59,299 nt of DNA from Balanoglossus misakiensis (GCA_040954595.2 JBECUI020000053.1:1-59299); one strand, 5' to 3'. Shown: positions 41,056 through 52,175, numbered from the stretch's first letter. Notes: generated by a model not told the origin, from the sequence alone. Made by a program: numbers and translations.

Positions 41056-41655
41056 CCTTGATGCAATGAGAGACCACTGTCCATTGAGAGAAAAAATTCC
41101 AGCCCCATGGATATGTTTTGGTTGAGTTGCATTTCTACAGTCAATAGGCTGCTGAGACCAACCAGAAAGAAGTTCAAAGAGTTGTGATAGATACTTCTTA
41201 TTTCATTTTTATAATGCCCAATGTATGCGAGATGTAGCCCCCCACTGAGAAAGAAGATCGAGTCTTTCCCAAGGGCGACCTGTCCACCAAGAGTGCTATC
41301 TATCATAAATCCGGTATGGGCTGTACCTGTTCCCGACCAGAGAAACAGAGCTACTTCCACGTATATCGTAGAAGTACAGACTTGCTTTCACAAGAGGCAT
41401 AAGTATTGCAACTCGATAGTAAAAACCTGAGGGCAAACTTCCATTTATTCCTAATCCGATCATGAAGTCTATGGGAGGCGCCTGATCGGTATGCAGTATC
41501 CACTCGTGAGCAAAAAGCAGAACACGAAAGTCCATTGCGACGCTCATACGACGATGTTTTTCTTCCGTATCGGAAAGGTCTTGTGCATAGGTTTGAACTG
41601 CCAGTAGAAAAAAAAGCATTGCTATACCACTATGCAGACGATTGTGTATTATCAT
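40995..41655 (-). CDS. Hypothetical exported protein, possible small outer-membrane beta-barrel; frameshift near 41360
   Basis: Signal peptide MLFFLLAVQTYA; alternating Gly/aromatic strands; ends GMSVNFRI. Confidence 0.5.
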
Positions 41656-41656
41656 C

Positions 41657-41727
41657 AGCCAAGAGTGGGAATTGAACCCACGACCTGCTCATTACGAGTG
41701 AGCCGCTCTTCCCTGAGCTATCTTGGC
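41657..41727 (-). tRNA. tRNA-Thr(CGU)
   Basis: GCCAAGA/TCTTGGC acceptor stem, GCTCA-CTCGTAA-TGAGC anticodon arm, GGTTCAATTCC; no CCA. Confidence 0.94.
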
Positions 41728-41736
41728 AATATTATA

Positions 41737-41764
41737 TTAAGAGAATATGATATTAACCCGACAA
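41737..41764 (+). promoter_or_regulatory. Sigma28 (FliA)-type promoter for flgF-flgG-flgJ
   Basis: TTAAG-15bp-CCCGACAA upstream of the rod genes. Confidence 0.6.
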
Positions 41765-41790
41765 TGTAAAGGCAGGGAGAATACAAATTA

Positions 41791-42653
41791 ATGGTACGAG
41801 GCATATATACAGCAGCCAGCGGCATGGTCGCACAGCAGCATAGATTGGACGCATTATCAAACAATCTTGCCAATGTTAATACACATGGATACAAACGGGA
41901 TGCATCAATTTTTTAAGGCTTTTCCCGAACTTTTAATTCGACGCATGAACGATGATGGGGTCTTGCAATTTCCCCTCCGTATAAGCCGGTTGGCTCTATT
42001 GATAAATCGCCTGTAGTCGGAAAGTTGGGAACAGGGGTGGAGCAGAACGAGGTCTTCACCGTTTTTGAACAGGGAGCGGTACAAAAAACCGAGGCTCCAT
42101 TTGATGTTGCACTCAATGGGAATGGATTTTTTACTGTTGAGACTCCTTACGGTAATCGGTATACCCGCAACGGGAGTTTTCAAATAGACCCAAGCGGCAC
42201 CTTGGTAACCAAGGAAGGATATCCGGTTCTTGGAGAGCAGGGGCATATACAAATAAAACATAATAACTTCGTTATTGACGAGGATGGGAAAATTTTTGTT
42301 AATCAAGTATATCAAGAAGACCCATTTCGCCTCGTTACACAGAATGAAAATCGCTGGGAAGAAACAGTCTTACTGGATCGTCTTATGGTGGTCAATGTTG
42401 ATGAACCACGATAATTTACGCAAACAAGGTTCTAGTCTCTGGAATACAAGTCCTGACTCCGGTCCTGCAATGATTTCACAGGAGGGAAGACCGAAGGTTT
42501 TACAGGGTTTTCTGGAAACTGCAAACGTCAATCCGGTATTACAGATGGTGGAAATGATTGAAGTAAACAGGAATTATGAGGCAAGTCAGCGCGTAATTCA
42601 ATCGCAAGATGAGAGTACACAACCAACTCATCAGCACCGTATTAAAGGTATAA
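41791..42653 (+). CDS. flgF: Flagellar basal-body rod protein FlgF (FlhO); frameshifted
   Basis: MVRGIYTAASGM...SNNLANVNT, DVALNGNGFF, YTRNGSF, QGFLETANVN. Confidence 0.85.
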
Positions 42654-42665
42654 GGAAGGAAAAAC

Positions 42666-43460
42666 ATGGTACGTTCGTTATGGACAGCTGCCTCAGGAAT
42701 GGTTGGGCAGCAATTTCACATTGTACAATTGCCAATAACTTGTCCAATGTCAATACAACTGGATTTAAGAAGAATAGAGCTGATTTTGAAGATCTGCTCT
42801 ATCAGACCATGCGTACAGCTGGGACGCCTGCAACAGAGCAAACTTTGATACCGGTAGGCGTACAGGTTGGACATGGTGTAAAGACTGCAGCAACGCAGAA
42901 AATGTTTCTGCAAGGATCTCTGCAAAATACAGGCAATGTGGCTGATATTGCTATTGAGGGCGAGGCTTTTTTCGGGTACTGCTCTACGATGGTACCTATG
43001 CGTATACGCGCAACGGTGCGTTTCAGATTGACGCAAATCGACAAGTGGTAACTGGCGAACGGGTATCGAATGCTCCCGGAAGTCGTTTTGCCTCCCGGTT
43101 TTATACGTGAATCGCTGGCAATATCTCAGGATGGTCGCGTAACTGTTCGGTTAGCAAATAACGAGGAGCCCTTTGAGGTTGCACAACTCGAACTGTATCG
43201 ATTTGTCAATCCGGTAGGTTTGCAAGCAATAGGGGAGAATTTATTTACTCAAACCCCCGCTTCCGGTGAGTCAATACCGGGGCGCCCTGCATTTGACGGA
43301 ACAGGCAAGATACTACATCGTTTTTTTGGAAATGTCAAATGTGCAGCCGGTTGAGGAAATGGTAAATATGATTGTTGCACAGCGTGCGTATGAAATGAAT
43401 TCAAAGGCAATTCAAACTTCCGATACCATGCTGGGTATAGCAAATAATCTAAAGCGGTAG
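42666..43460 (+). CDS. flgG: Flagellar basal-body distal rod protein FlgG; frameshifted
   Basis: [68 protein letters not shown]. Confidence 0.92.
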
Positions 43461-43473
43461 GAGAGATGCATCT

Positions 43474-43783
43474 ATGGATGAATTAAACGTTATCTTGGGT
43501 CATAATAATGATCTTCGGGCTATAGAAAGGCAGATGAACCCCAATCAGGGGCAAGAGCGGCTGCGGGAGGTAGCAAGCGAATTTGAATCACTCTTTGTTA
43601 AGCAAATGTTGGATACCATGCGCTCGACTCTTTCACCTGAATCACGTCTGGTATCCGGTGGCATGACCGAAGAGGTCTTTGAAGACATGCTCTACGACGA
43701 AATATGCAAAGTCAATGTCTAAAACACAGACCTTTGGTATTGCAGAGATGATTATAAAACAATTCTCCGATACGACTCCGTGA
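43474..43783 (+). CDS. flgJ: FlgJ-like rod-binding protein without muramidase domain; frameshift near 43710
   Basis: LREVASEFESLFVKQMLDTMR, FEDMLYDE. Confidence 0.85.
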
Positions 43784-44662
43784 AAAATCATAAGAAACAT
43801 AAGAAACATAAGAAAGAAAAACTAAAAACCTATCTTCTTTATGGTCTCTATACACTGATTATAGTTGGTTTTTTTCTGTATGTACTGCCTGTTATCATGC
43901 CCCCCTTCCCGAGACATACACTTCCTGAATATGCGGCAAAAGAGCAGGTAGAGAAGGGCAGCAGCACGGAAGAAGAGAGCGCAATGCCTATGCTTTACCT
44001 CGTCCTCGATGATGCTGGGCACAATCTTGAAGTTGCAGATCGATTTCTTCGTCTTCCCATTCCCATAACCCTGGCTATTCTTCCTTATCTTCCGTACAGC
44101 GATCAAGTTAAAGACTTGGTTTATCAATATGAACAGCAATATATCCTGCATTTCCCAATGGAACCGATTGGATCGGCAGATCCAGGACCTTATGCCTTGT
44201 TGACCAAGCAGATGATAGTGAACTTATCAAGAGAATGCAAACAGTCTTGAACAGTATGTCCGCCGCTCAGGGCATCAACAATCACATGGGATCAAAGGCA
44301 ACAGCTGATATGCGTGTTATGAATGTAGTATTCAGTGAGTTAGAAAAAAGAAATATGTTTTTTCTTGATAGCAGGACTACCACAGACAGCGTTGTACGCA
44401 GCGTAGCAAAAAATACACTGTTCCCACGTTGGAACGACATGTCTTTCTCGATAACACAGCAGATGAGATTGAAAAGTATTTGCATATAGCATTAAGCATT
44501 GCCAAGAAAAATGGCTATGCCATTATGATTGGGCATGTCGGCACAACCCCTCTCTACGATCTACTGCTTACAGAAATAGTGCGAATTCAATCGGAAGGAT
44601 TCGTCTTTGCGTATCTCAGTGATCTTGCTGGAGAACAGAGATATGACGGTTCTCGGCATTGA
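43780..44662 (+). CDS. Divergent polysaccharide deacetylase family protein; frameshifted
   Basis: VLDDAG, TLAILP, LHFPMEP, GINNHMGS, FLDSRT, VFLDN, IMIGH. Confidence 0.88.
43789..43815 (+). repeat. In-frame 9-bp tandem repeat CATAAGAAA x3
   Basis: Directly visible; encodes HKK x3 before the TM helix. Confidence 0.85.
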
Positions 44663-45635
44663 AACATCCTGCGATGAGTGTTCAGTTGCGCTCATGGCAA
44701 ACGGTACATTGCTGTCAATGCACACAGCAAGCCAAGCCGATGAGCATGCCCCGTATCATGGCATTGTTCCTGAAGTTGCTTCCCGCAGGCATGTAGAACT
44801 TATTAGCACAGTTTGCCGACATGTGCTGGATGGATACGATCTTGCCGATGTTGACGGCATTGCAGTTACAAATAGACCCGGACTGAGTGGTTCCCTTGCG
44901 GTCGGATTGAATTTTGCTAAAGCACTCTCCTATGCCTGTGATATTCCTTTTATTGCGGTGAATCATCTGCTTGCACATGCCTATGCTGTTCAGTTGGAAA
45001 AAAAAATCCCCTATCCATACATTGTCTTTATCGTTTCGGGAGGTCATACCCTTCTGGCAGAATGCCGTTCCTATGATACGGTGCTTCTTATCGGTGAGAC
45101 AGTTGATGATGCATGTGGAGAGGTCTTTGATAAGGTTGCCGATTACCTGGGATTAGGTTACCCGGGAGCAGCGGCCCTTGATGCATTAGCCCGGCAAGGA
45201 AATCCGCGTTCCTATGCTTTTCCCCATGCAGTTGTAACCGGCAAACCCTATCATTTGTCTTACTCTGGGCTAAAAACCGCCGTTATGCATCAACGAAGTT
45301 CTTTTGCGGTGCGGGGGGGCAGTGAGAAAGCAGAAGATATTGCCGCCTCATTTGAGCGGGTTGCTATTGATATGTTATTTAAGCGCTTAGAGCTACTCCG
45401 AAAAGAAGGCAATTCTTTGCCGGTAGTCTTTTGTGGTGGTGTGGCATCGAATAGCTATCTTCGTAGTAAGATAGAATCGGCATCGGAGCAAGAGATATTC
45501 ATGCCCTCCATGCATTTCTGCGTAGACAACGGCGCAATGATTGCAGCGCTGGGAAGCGAATATCTTCGGCGAAACATACACAGCTCCTACACTGTTGATG
45601 TAGTTTCGCGAACACCATTTCCTTCTTTAACTTGA
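44643..45635 (+). CDS. tsaD: tRNA N6-adenosine threonylcarbamoyltransferase TsaD
   Basis: LGIETSCDE, GIVPEVASRRH, HLLAH, VSGGHT, DDACGEVFDK, DNGAMIA. Confidence 0.97.
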   Translation: MTVLGIETSCDECSVALMANGTLLSMHTASQADEHAPYHGIVPEVASRRHVELISTVCRHVLDGYDLADVDGIAVTNRPGLSGSLAVGLNFAKALSYACDIPFIAVNHLLAHAYAVQLEKKIPYPYIVFIVSGGHTLLAECRSYDTVLLIGETVDDACGEVFDKVADYLGLGYPGAAALDALARQGNPRSYAFPHAVVTGKPYHLSYSGLKTAVMHQRSSFAVRGGSEKAEDIAASFERVAIDMLFKRLELLRKEGNSLPVVFCGGVASNSYLRSKIESASEQEIFMPSMHFCVDNGAMIAALGSEYLRRNIHSSYTVDVVSRTPFPSLT

Positions 45636-45666
45636 CCTTTCCGTTCACATACATTAAACTGAACAA

Positions 45667-46200
45667 ATGGTGGAAGCTAGAAGGCAAATTGATGATGCTA
45701 TTATCCGTGTTCCTGATTTTCCTCGTCCGGGAGTTTTGTTTTACGATATTACCGGTTTATTTCTCTCTCCTAAGGCTTTTCAGTATTGTACGGATGAAAT
45801 GTACGCGCTCTATAAAGATCGTGGCATAGATGCGATTGCAACTATTGAATCTCGTGGCTTTGTTTTTGCAACTCCACTTGCATTGCGTTTGGGAATACCG
45901 CTTATTTTACTTCGAAAGAGTGGAAAATTACCGAGAAAAACCCGTGCAATATCATATGAGCTGGAATATGGTGTTGAAACCATGGAGGTTCACTTAGATG
46001 ATGTCAAGAAGGGAAACAGATTCCTAATTGTTGATGATATTCTTGCAACGGGTGGAACGACAGAGGCTGCCTGCAAGTTGTTAGAGCAAGGAGGGGGTGA
46101 GGTAGTTTCTATTTTTGCAGTTATTGCGCTTGCATTCCTTCCGTACAAAGAACGCTTAGCTGGTTATACGGTTGAGCATCTCATAGAATACCAAGAGTAA
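45667..46200 (+). CDS. apt: Adenine phosphoribosyltransferase
   Basis: VPDFPRPGVLFYDIT, IESRGF, RKSGKLP, YELEYG, IVDDILATGGT. Confidence 0.97.
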   Translation: MVEARRQIDDAIIRVPDFPRPGVLFYDITGLFLSPKAFQYCTDEMYALYKDRGIDAIATIESRGFVFATPLALRLGIPLILLRKSGKLPRKTRAISYELEYGVETMEVHLDDVKKGNRFLIVDDILATGGTTEAACKLLEQGGGEVVSIFAVIALAFLPYKERLAGYTVEHLIEYQE

Positions 46201-46204
46201 ATAC

Positions 46205-46233
46205 TTGACAGTTTCTGATTTGCCTGTTATGAT
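46205..46233 (+). promoter_or_regulatory. Sigma70-type promoter for rpmF-acpP-rnc
   Basis: TTGACA-17bp-TATGAT with TG extended -10. Confidence 0.75.
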
Positions 46234-46263
46234 AAAAAAAATAACGAAGAAAGGACTAGAATA

Positions 46264-46452
46264 ATGGCGGTGCCAAAACGAAAAGCTTCTAAATCTCGTT
46301 CTCGAAGAAAGCATGCACATAACAACCCGACAGTTGTTGCACGTATCAGCCTTTCACCCGAAAGTGGTGAATATGTACGTTCTCATCGGGTCGATATGAA
46401 AAGTGGAATGTATCGGGGGAAAAAAGTGTTTGATCCGGAAGAATTAGATTAA
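46264..46452 (+). CDS. rpmF: 50S ribosomal protein L32, cysteine-free form
   Basis: MAVPKRKASKSR, HRV, GMYRGKKV. Confidence 0.95.
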   Translation: MAVPKRKASKSRSRRKHAHNNPTVVARISLSPESGEYVRSHRVDMKSGMYRGKKVFDPEELD

Positions 46453-46480
46453 CAATGTGAGCAAATAAGGAGAAAGTATA

Positions 46481-46720
46481 ATGGATGAACTATTTGAAAA
46501 AATGAAAAAACTTATTGCAGAAAAATTAGAGATTGAAGAGTCAAAAATTACGCTTGATTCTTCATTTAATCAAGATCTTGGAGCTGATAGCCTTGATACA
46601 TATGAACTTGTATATGCGATTGAAGAAGAAATAGGTATATCATTGCCTGATGAAAAAGCAAGTGAGTTTGAAACGGTGAGAGATGTACTTAATTTTTTGA
46701 AATCACAGCAAAGTGAATAA
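46481..46720 (+). CDS. acpP: Acyl carrier protein
   Basis: DLGADSLD phosphopantetheine site. Confidence 0.97.
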   Translation: MDELFEKMKKLIAEKLEIEESKITLDSSFNQDLGADSLDTYELVYAIEEEIGISLPDEKASEFETVRDVLNFLKSQQSE

Positions 46721-46730
46721 GGTTTAATAT

Positions 46731-47519
46731 TTGTCTTCGTCTTTACGATACCTCTTTCAATACCCGTTTAAGGATGTTGAGGGGCTAGACTATGATACCG
46801 AACGGAAGAAAGTTTTAAAATCGTTTGAGTCCATTGCAGGAATTCGATTTAAAAAGATGAAACTCTTGAACCTTGCTTTTGTTCACCGTTCTTATGGGAA
46901 TGAACAAAAAGAACGGTTTAACAACGAAACGCTGGAATTTTTGGGTGATGCAGTCTTGTCCCTAGCAATTTCGGAATATCTCTGGCGAACATATCCTGAT
47001 AAACAGGAAGGAGATTTTACTAAGGTTCGTTCGTTTGTTGTATCAGCTGGTGCCCTTTCCGACCTTGCGCGTCGCCTAAGGCTGCCTCGCTTTTTATTGG
47101 TGGGGCGTGGTGAAAAACTAACTGGTGGAAAGGACAAATCTACTATTCTTGCAGATGCCATGGAGGCCGTGTTTGGTGCCTACTTTTTAGATTCCGGGTT
47201 TGAAAAGGCGAAACGTTTTATAGTGAATTGCCTAAAGCCTGAGATAGAAAAGGTATTTGAGAATCGCCATACGAGAGATTACAAATCTCTGTTGCAATTA
47301 CTTGGTCAACAAGAATTTAGAAAAAATCCTATATATCGTGTCATTAAGCGAACCGGACCGGCTCATCGTAAAACCTTTTGGACTGAAGTTCGTCTAGGGC
47401 AGCGCATTATCGGTTCAGGAAAGGGCCAGAGTAAGAAAGAGTCCGAACAAAGTGCAGCATCAGTTGCCTATGAGCTCATTTGCAAAGAGCGTAAAATAAA
47501 CCCCAAGACGCAGTTTTAA
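46731..47519 (+). CDS. rnc: Ribonuclease III
   Basis: NETLEFLGDAVL, LADAMEAVFGA, dsRBD DYKSLLQ...GPAH...SKKESEQ. Confidence 0.97.
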   Translation: MSSSLRYLFQYPFKDVEGLDYDTERKKVLKSFESIAGIRFKKMKLLNLAFVHRSYGNEQKERFNNETLEFLGDAVLSLAISEYLWRTYPDKQEGDFTKVRSFVVSAGALSDLARRLRLPRFLLVGRGEKLTGGKDKSTILADAMEAVFGAYFLDSGFEKAKRFIVNCLKPEIEKVFENRHTRDYKSLLQLLGQQEFRKNPIYRVIKRTGPAHRKTFWTEVRLGQRIIGSGKGQSKKESEQSAASVAYELICKERKINPKTQF

Positions 47520-48730
47520 CGTTTGCTTTGATAGTATCGGCGACACTCTTTCAAAAGTTTCTCTGCTGTATTATTTTCTGGTTTCTTCAAGACTAGTTGT
47601 AATGAATGCTGGAGCAGTTCTCCCAGTATCGGTCCTGACTGGATCTGCAATGCTTGCATAATGTCTTTTCCGTTAATTGCTAGTTCGCTAATATTCAGCG
47701 GATGTGGCAGTTGTTCCATAATACGAGTTGCTACCTGTTCTGCTTCCTCCTTATTAGGGTAAAGGGCGGGTAATAAGGCAGTGAACTTGGTCAATAAGGA
47801 ACGACCAAGTTGGGAAAGGGAAGTGCGTAACTTGGCATCACTTTGTTCCGATACATCTTCAATGCTTAGCATCTCATGTAGCTTACTCACTTCTTTTATT
47901 ACCTTGTTTGGCATTAATAAGGCTTTGAGATACTGTATTACTAAGCCTGTGCTTATTTTCGTTGTATAATAGTAGAGGGCAATTTTGCTTTCCGGCAATG
48001 GTGGGCCAGACTTGATCGATATTCGAGCATAGCGCTCTTCTTTGTATCGGTGGCAGGTAGGGTTGCAATAAAGCGCTTTCTTCCAAGAACGTTCAATGCC
48101 TTGAACAGGTGCTTGCTTGCAAATATTTTTAGCAGTTCTTCGCGGATACGTTCTTTTGAAATTTTTTCAATAAGTTTGCGCTGTCTCATCAGGGCATGGA
48201 ATGTTTCTGGTACTATAGTGAAATTTAATGTAGCTGAAAAACGAATAGCTCGTAACATGCGCAAAGGATCCTCGGAAAACCGGTGGTCAGCATTGCCTAT
48301 GGTGCGAATAATGCCCTTTTTTAGATCTCCTTGCCCATCAAAAGGATCGAGTAGTTCCTCTCGCGAAATACTATATGCCATGGCATTAATGGTAAAATCA
48401 CGACGTTGCAGATCGGTGTGGATGTCGGCATTGAAGTCAACGTTTTCCGGATGCCTTCTGTCCCGATAGATCCCATCGCGCCGAAAGGTTGTTATCTCGA
48501 ATGATTGCCTTTTTCCTCCGTATAGTAACGGTTCCATGTGCAATGCCTGTTGGTATGACTGCACTGAACATTTTTTGAATTTCCTCTGGTCGGGCATTGC
48601 TTGCAAGATCAAAGTCTCCAGGAGGCAGACCGAGAAGCATGTTACGAATTGATCCACCAACAAGAAATACTTGGTAGCCTTGTTCAGTAAGTATCGTGTT
48701 TATTTCCAGTACTGCTGTAGGTAAGTGCAT
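47516..48730 (-). CDS. cca: CCA-adding tRNA nucleotidyltransferase; frameshifted
   Basis: LVGGSIRN, DFDLAS, GIAHGTV, RRDFTINAM, EDPLRMLRAIRF, SKERIREEL, LAINGKDI across three frames. Confidence 0.9.
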
Positions 48731-48754
48731 AGAATTTGTTTCGTATAATCACTT

Positions 48755-48784
48755 ATTATAAGCAGGCAAAAGATTACTGGTCAA
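48755..48784 (-). promoter_or_regulatory. Sigma70-type promoter for cca
   Basis: TTGACC-18bp-TATAAT. Confidence 0.55.
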
Positions 48785-48801
48785 GGTTATGGGAAGAATA
48801 G

Positions 48802-48831
48802 AAAAAAAAACGCGATCCGAAGACCGCGTTT
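48802..48831 (-). terminator. Intrinsic terminator of flagellin
   Basis: AAACGCGGTC-TTCG-GATCGCGTTT hairpin with UUCG loop followed by a U-tract. Confidence 0.9.
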
Positions 48832-48840
48832 GTAATGAGC

Positions 48841-49713
48841 CTATCGAAGAAGATCGAGTACTATTCTTGCTTTCTGGTTTGCTTGCGCCAACATAGCATT
48901 TGCAGATTGCAACAGTATCTGGTTCTTTGTATAGACAGATATCTCACGAGCCATATCAACATCTCGGAATTTGAGATTCTGCGGCTTGGAGATTCTCTGC
49001 ACCGATGCTGATTCCTTGCCTACTCAACTCCAGACGGTTTTGGTAGGCTCCGAGATCGGCACGTTGCTTACTGACCTTTTTCAGTGCATCATCAACAAGT
49101 CCAATTGTTGCATTTGCACTGTCGGGTGTCGAAAGGGAAATAAACGTAGCAGAATGGCTAAAACCATTTGCCTGTTGCAGCCCCAGACCCTGTGCCGTCA
49201 TGGTGCCGATAAAGACCGCTTCTCGCTGGTCCATATTTGCACAATGTGGAACCACATACTTGCAGTAACAACATTTGTTCCCGTTTGTCGAGCAAAACGC
49301 CCGGTAAACAGATTCATGCCGTTAAACTGTGCATGTGATGCAACACGGTTGAGTTCGTCAACAAGCTGCGATATTTCGACTTGAATTTGCATCCGATCCT
49401 CGTTTGTATAGATACCGTTTGATGCCTGCACCGAAAGTTCTCGTATTCGGTGAAGAACATCTTGGGTTCTTGTAGATATCCTTCCGCCGTCTGGATAAAT
49501 GATATGCCGTTTGCTGCGTTTCTTTCGGCTTGTTGCAGTCCACGTATTTGTGCACGCATTTTTTCCGAAACAGCAAGACCAGATGCATCATCACCAGCAC
49601 GGTTTATTCGAAATCCTGACGAAAGTTTTTCCAAACCTCTTGTCCACTGCAATGTTCTGAAACTTCTCGCTTCTGTGAGCAAACATTGCACTCAGATTAT
49701 GGGTAATTATCAT
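48841..49713 (-). CDS. flaB: Periplasmic flagellar core filament protein FlaB; several frameshifts
   Basis: [68 protein letters not shown]; about 286 codons. Confidence 0.95.
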
Positions 49714-49718
49714 ACAAT

Positions 49719-49752
49719 CCTCCTTGATTGTCTTATGGACATCCTTGTCCAT
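49719..49752 (-). promoter_or_regulatory. CsrA-type binding sites in the flaB leader
   Basis: Hairpin ATGGAC-AAGGAT-GTCCAT with GGA in the loop, plus a second GGA in the SD (CAAGGAGG). Confidence 0.75.
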
Positions 49753-49778
49753 TTGCCGTCAACGACGGTCTATTATTA

Positions 49779-49805
49779 TAGTCGGAGTTTATTCGTATCA
49801 CTTAA
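49779..49805 (-). promoter_or_regulatory. Sigma28-type promoter of flaB
   Basis: TTAAG-14bp-TCCGACTA. Confidence 0.65.
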
Positions 49806-49836
49806 GTATTTTTATCTTTTTCGATATACTCCTTTT

Positions 49837-50448
49837 ATGAAGAAGGCTTTGATTCTTACAGGCGGAAAAGCACCTGCCAGTCTTGATTTACAATTTTCAG
49901 AGTACACTGTTATAGCTGCCGATTCCGGGCTGGAACTTACCTCTCGCTACGGCATATCAGCTGATTTCTATGTCGGTGACAATGATTCATTGAAACAACA
50001 AAGTTTACTGCATGCGCTGCCCGATGATCGGAAACGGATATTTTCTATGTATAAAGACTATACCGATACCGAACTCGCCATTTCCCTAGCAGCAGAACTC
50101 TCTTGTACCGAGATCAGCATTGTCGGAGGCGGCGGAAATCGTGAAGATCATTTTCTTGCCATTCTTTCTCTTTTTGAACGGGATATGCATCCGCGGTACT
50201 GGTATACAGATATGAGTTATATGGAATGTATTGATGATTCATGCACGATTGTCAATCATTCGGGGGCTATCGTATCCTTTTTTCCACTGGGAATTCTGCC
50301 TTGTCGGGCAAAAAGTAAGGGATTACAGTGGAATTTGAACAATGGTACTTTACAAAAAGGTCTTTTTAGTGTAAGTAATATTATTGTAGGTAATGTATGC
50401 AAAGTATACGTGGAACAAGGCAGACTTCTCATGATTCTCAATCGGTAG
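49837..50448 (+). CDS. thiN: Thiamine diphosphokinase
   Basis: IAADSG, VGDNDS, KDYTDTELA, GGNREDH, KGLQW, VSN. Confidence 0.92.
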   Translation: MKKALILTGGKAPASLDLQFSEYTVIAADSGLELTSRYGISADFYVGDNDSLKQQSLLHALPDDRKRIFSMYKDYTDTELAISLAAELSCTEISIVGGGGNREDHFLAILSLFERDMHPRYWYTDMSYMECIDDSCTIVNHSGAIVSFFPLGILPCRAKSKGLQWNLNNGTLQKGLFSVSNIIVGNVCKVYVEQGRLLMILNR

Positions 50449-50459
50449 AACAAAAAAAG

Positions 50460-52171
50460 ATGCAGGGGCTTCTTCGCCTGCTTACTTCTTTACCGGTTGC
50501 AGAGCGGGCACGCTATCAAATGATTATAAATGATAGTGTGCATTTCCCATTTATCCCCTTCGTTCAGAAGGAGGAGCAAGAAATTGGCGGCATTCTTCGA
50601 CGAGCAGAATATGAGCTTAATCGTTTAGGGCCCTGGCGTCGTTTGAGAGTTGCAATGCATTCGGTTACAACTGGGACAAATAAAAATACGGCATATATTA
50701 ACTTGTACCTTCGGCGATCTGCGAGGGCGATAAACAAAAAAAAGAAGTTTATTAATATTAATTCTGCTGTTTTAACTGCAAACTTTTTCTTTCGCTTAAT
50801 GCAGCTCTATTCTATCATTGAACCGATACAGGAATTCTGGAAAAAAAGTTGGAAAAATGTTGATTCCCTTCGTGAATTACTGACCGATTACATACTTCGT
50901 GTGCTCCCATCGGATATTTATCATTTGCATACCTATATCAGTAAGGAAGAAATCATAGAAATAATGAGCACACCGGGTAGTGATCAAAAAGCATTTCGTG
51001 TTCTTAGAGAAAAATAAAAGCGTCAATGAACAATCTTCCTGTGGGTACAATTTGAGCGGATTGAGAAAGAATTATTGCCTTTTTTCATTTTCGTGATATC
51101 TGTTGTTTTGATTTTCAGCGCTTTTTTCAACTCTTTAGTACGACAAATAGCAAAAATTTGTTTTTTGCTCCGCGCCCTGAGGTTGAATTTCTTACCTGTC
51201 GACATATTCTACACGAGTTGTTCTTTGCGATAAATAAAATTTTGCAATTACCTGATGACTTTTTCCCTGCAGCGGACCTGATACAAGTTATAGGAGAAAA
51301 ATTCTCCTGCGATACTTCGATAATTAAACAATCAATGCATGAGTGTCGATCATTTGTTTCCGAAAACTTTAGCTCTTCCACTATGAAACATATTTTGCGC
51401 TGTGTTTACTATGATCCGTATTATAACCCGCAGTTTCCTTCCATGGCTTGGGACCCCAAAAAGTTTTATTATACGGATATTTTTCTTCCGACAGTGGCAG
51501 GCATTGACCTACGGCATGGGGCTATTGGATAGTGAACTAACAATGGCAAGTGTAAGAAGCCTCTTCCTACCAGTATTGGGTCTTTATAAGCATGTTGAAA
51601 AGTATCCCTGCAGTTATGCAGAACAACTTTCATTAACTCCGATACTGCATCTTACTGAGTTAGAAATGCTTTCGGCATTTGTATCGGGTGTTTTTATAGG
51701 TAAAATTCTTCCGTGGGTACACAATCTACAATGTATTTCGGGTGCGGATAATATGTTTGCAAATATACTGCTTATTAAACATGAATTTGAAGCACTGGAC
51801 AAGGATATTCAGAAATTTGATATGCAGTTTGCACGAAAAGACTCCATGGGTATGCGATTTTCATCGCTTTGTCTTGCTATGCAGCAGAAGGAGCATGCAT
51901 ATCAGGAGCGTGAGGAATATAATGCTCTTGCAGAACAGTGCAATCAAAGTGGGAAGAGAATTTTGCAAAGGGAATAAACCTATTTAACAGATTATCTGAA
52001 TTTCTTGGCAATAGTCTTTTTGAGAAATTGCAAACAGCAATGGCCGCTCATTCCAATAAGGAAATCGAGGCAAGAAATCAAGAGAGTGACCAATGTTATA
52101 AGTTTCATTCCATGGTTTTGGCTGTTACAGCAGTTCTCGTTACGGGACTATCGATGGATGGCAAAACTTAA
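50460..52171 (+). CDS. Long helical hypothetical protein split by frameshifts (possibly DUF5312-like)
   Basis: Consecutive same-strand ORF fragments 50397-51017, 51158-51532, 51402-51977 and 51938-52171; the family guess rests on size and context only. Confidence 0.5.
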
Positions 52172-52175
52172 AAGC

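Noticed and set aside
49450-49836. 332-aa ORF suggesting an N-terminally extended thiamine diphosphokinase
   Set aside because: The extension is the antisense of flaB and its leader; homology starts at ATG 49837.
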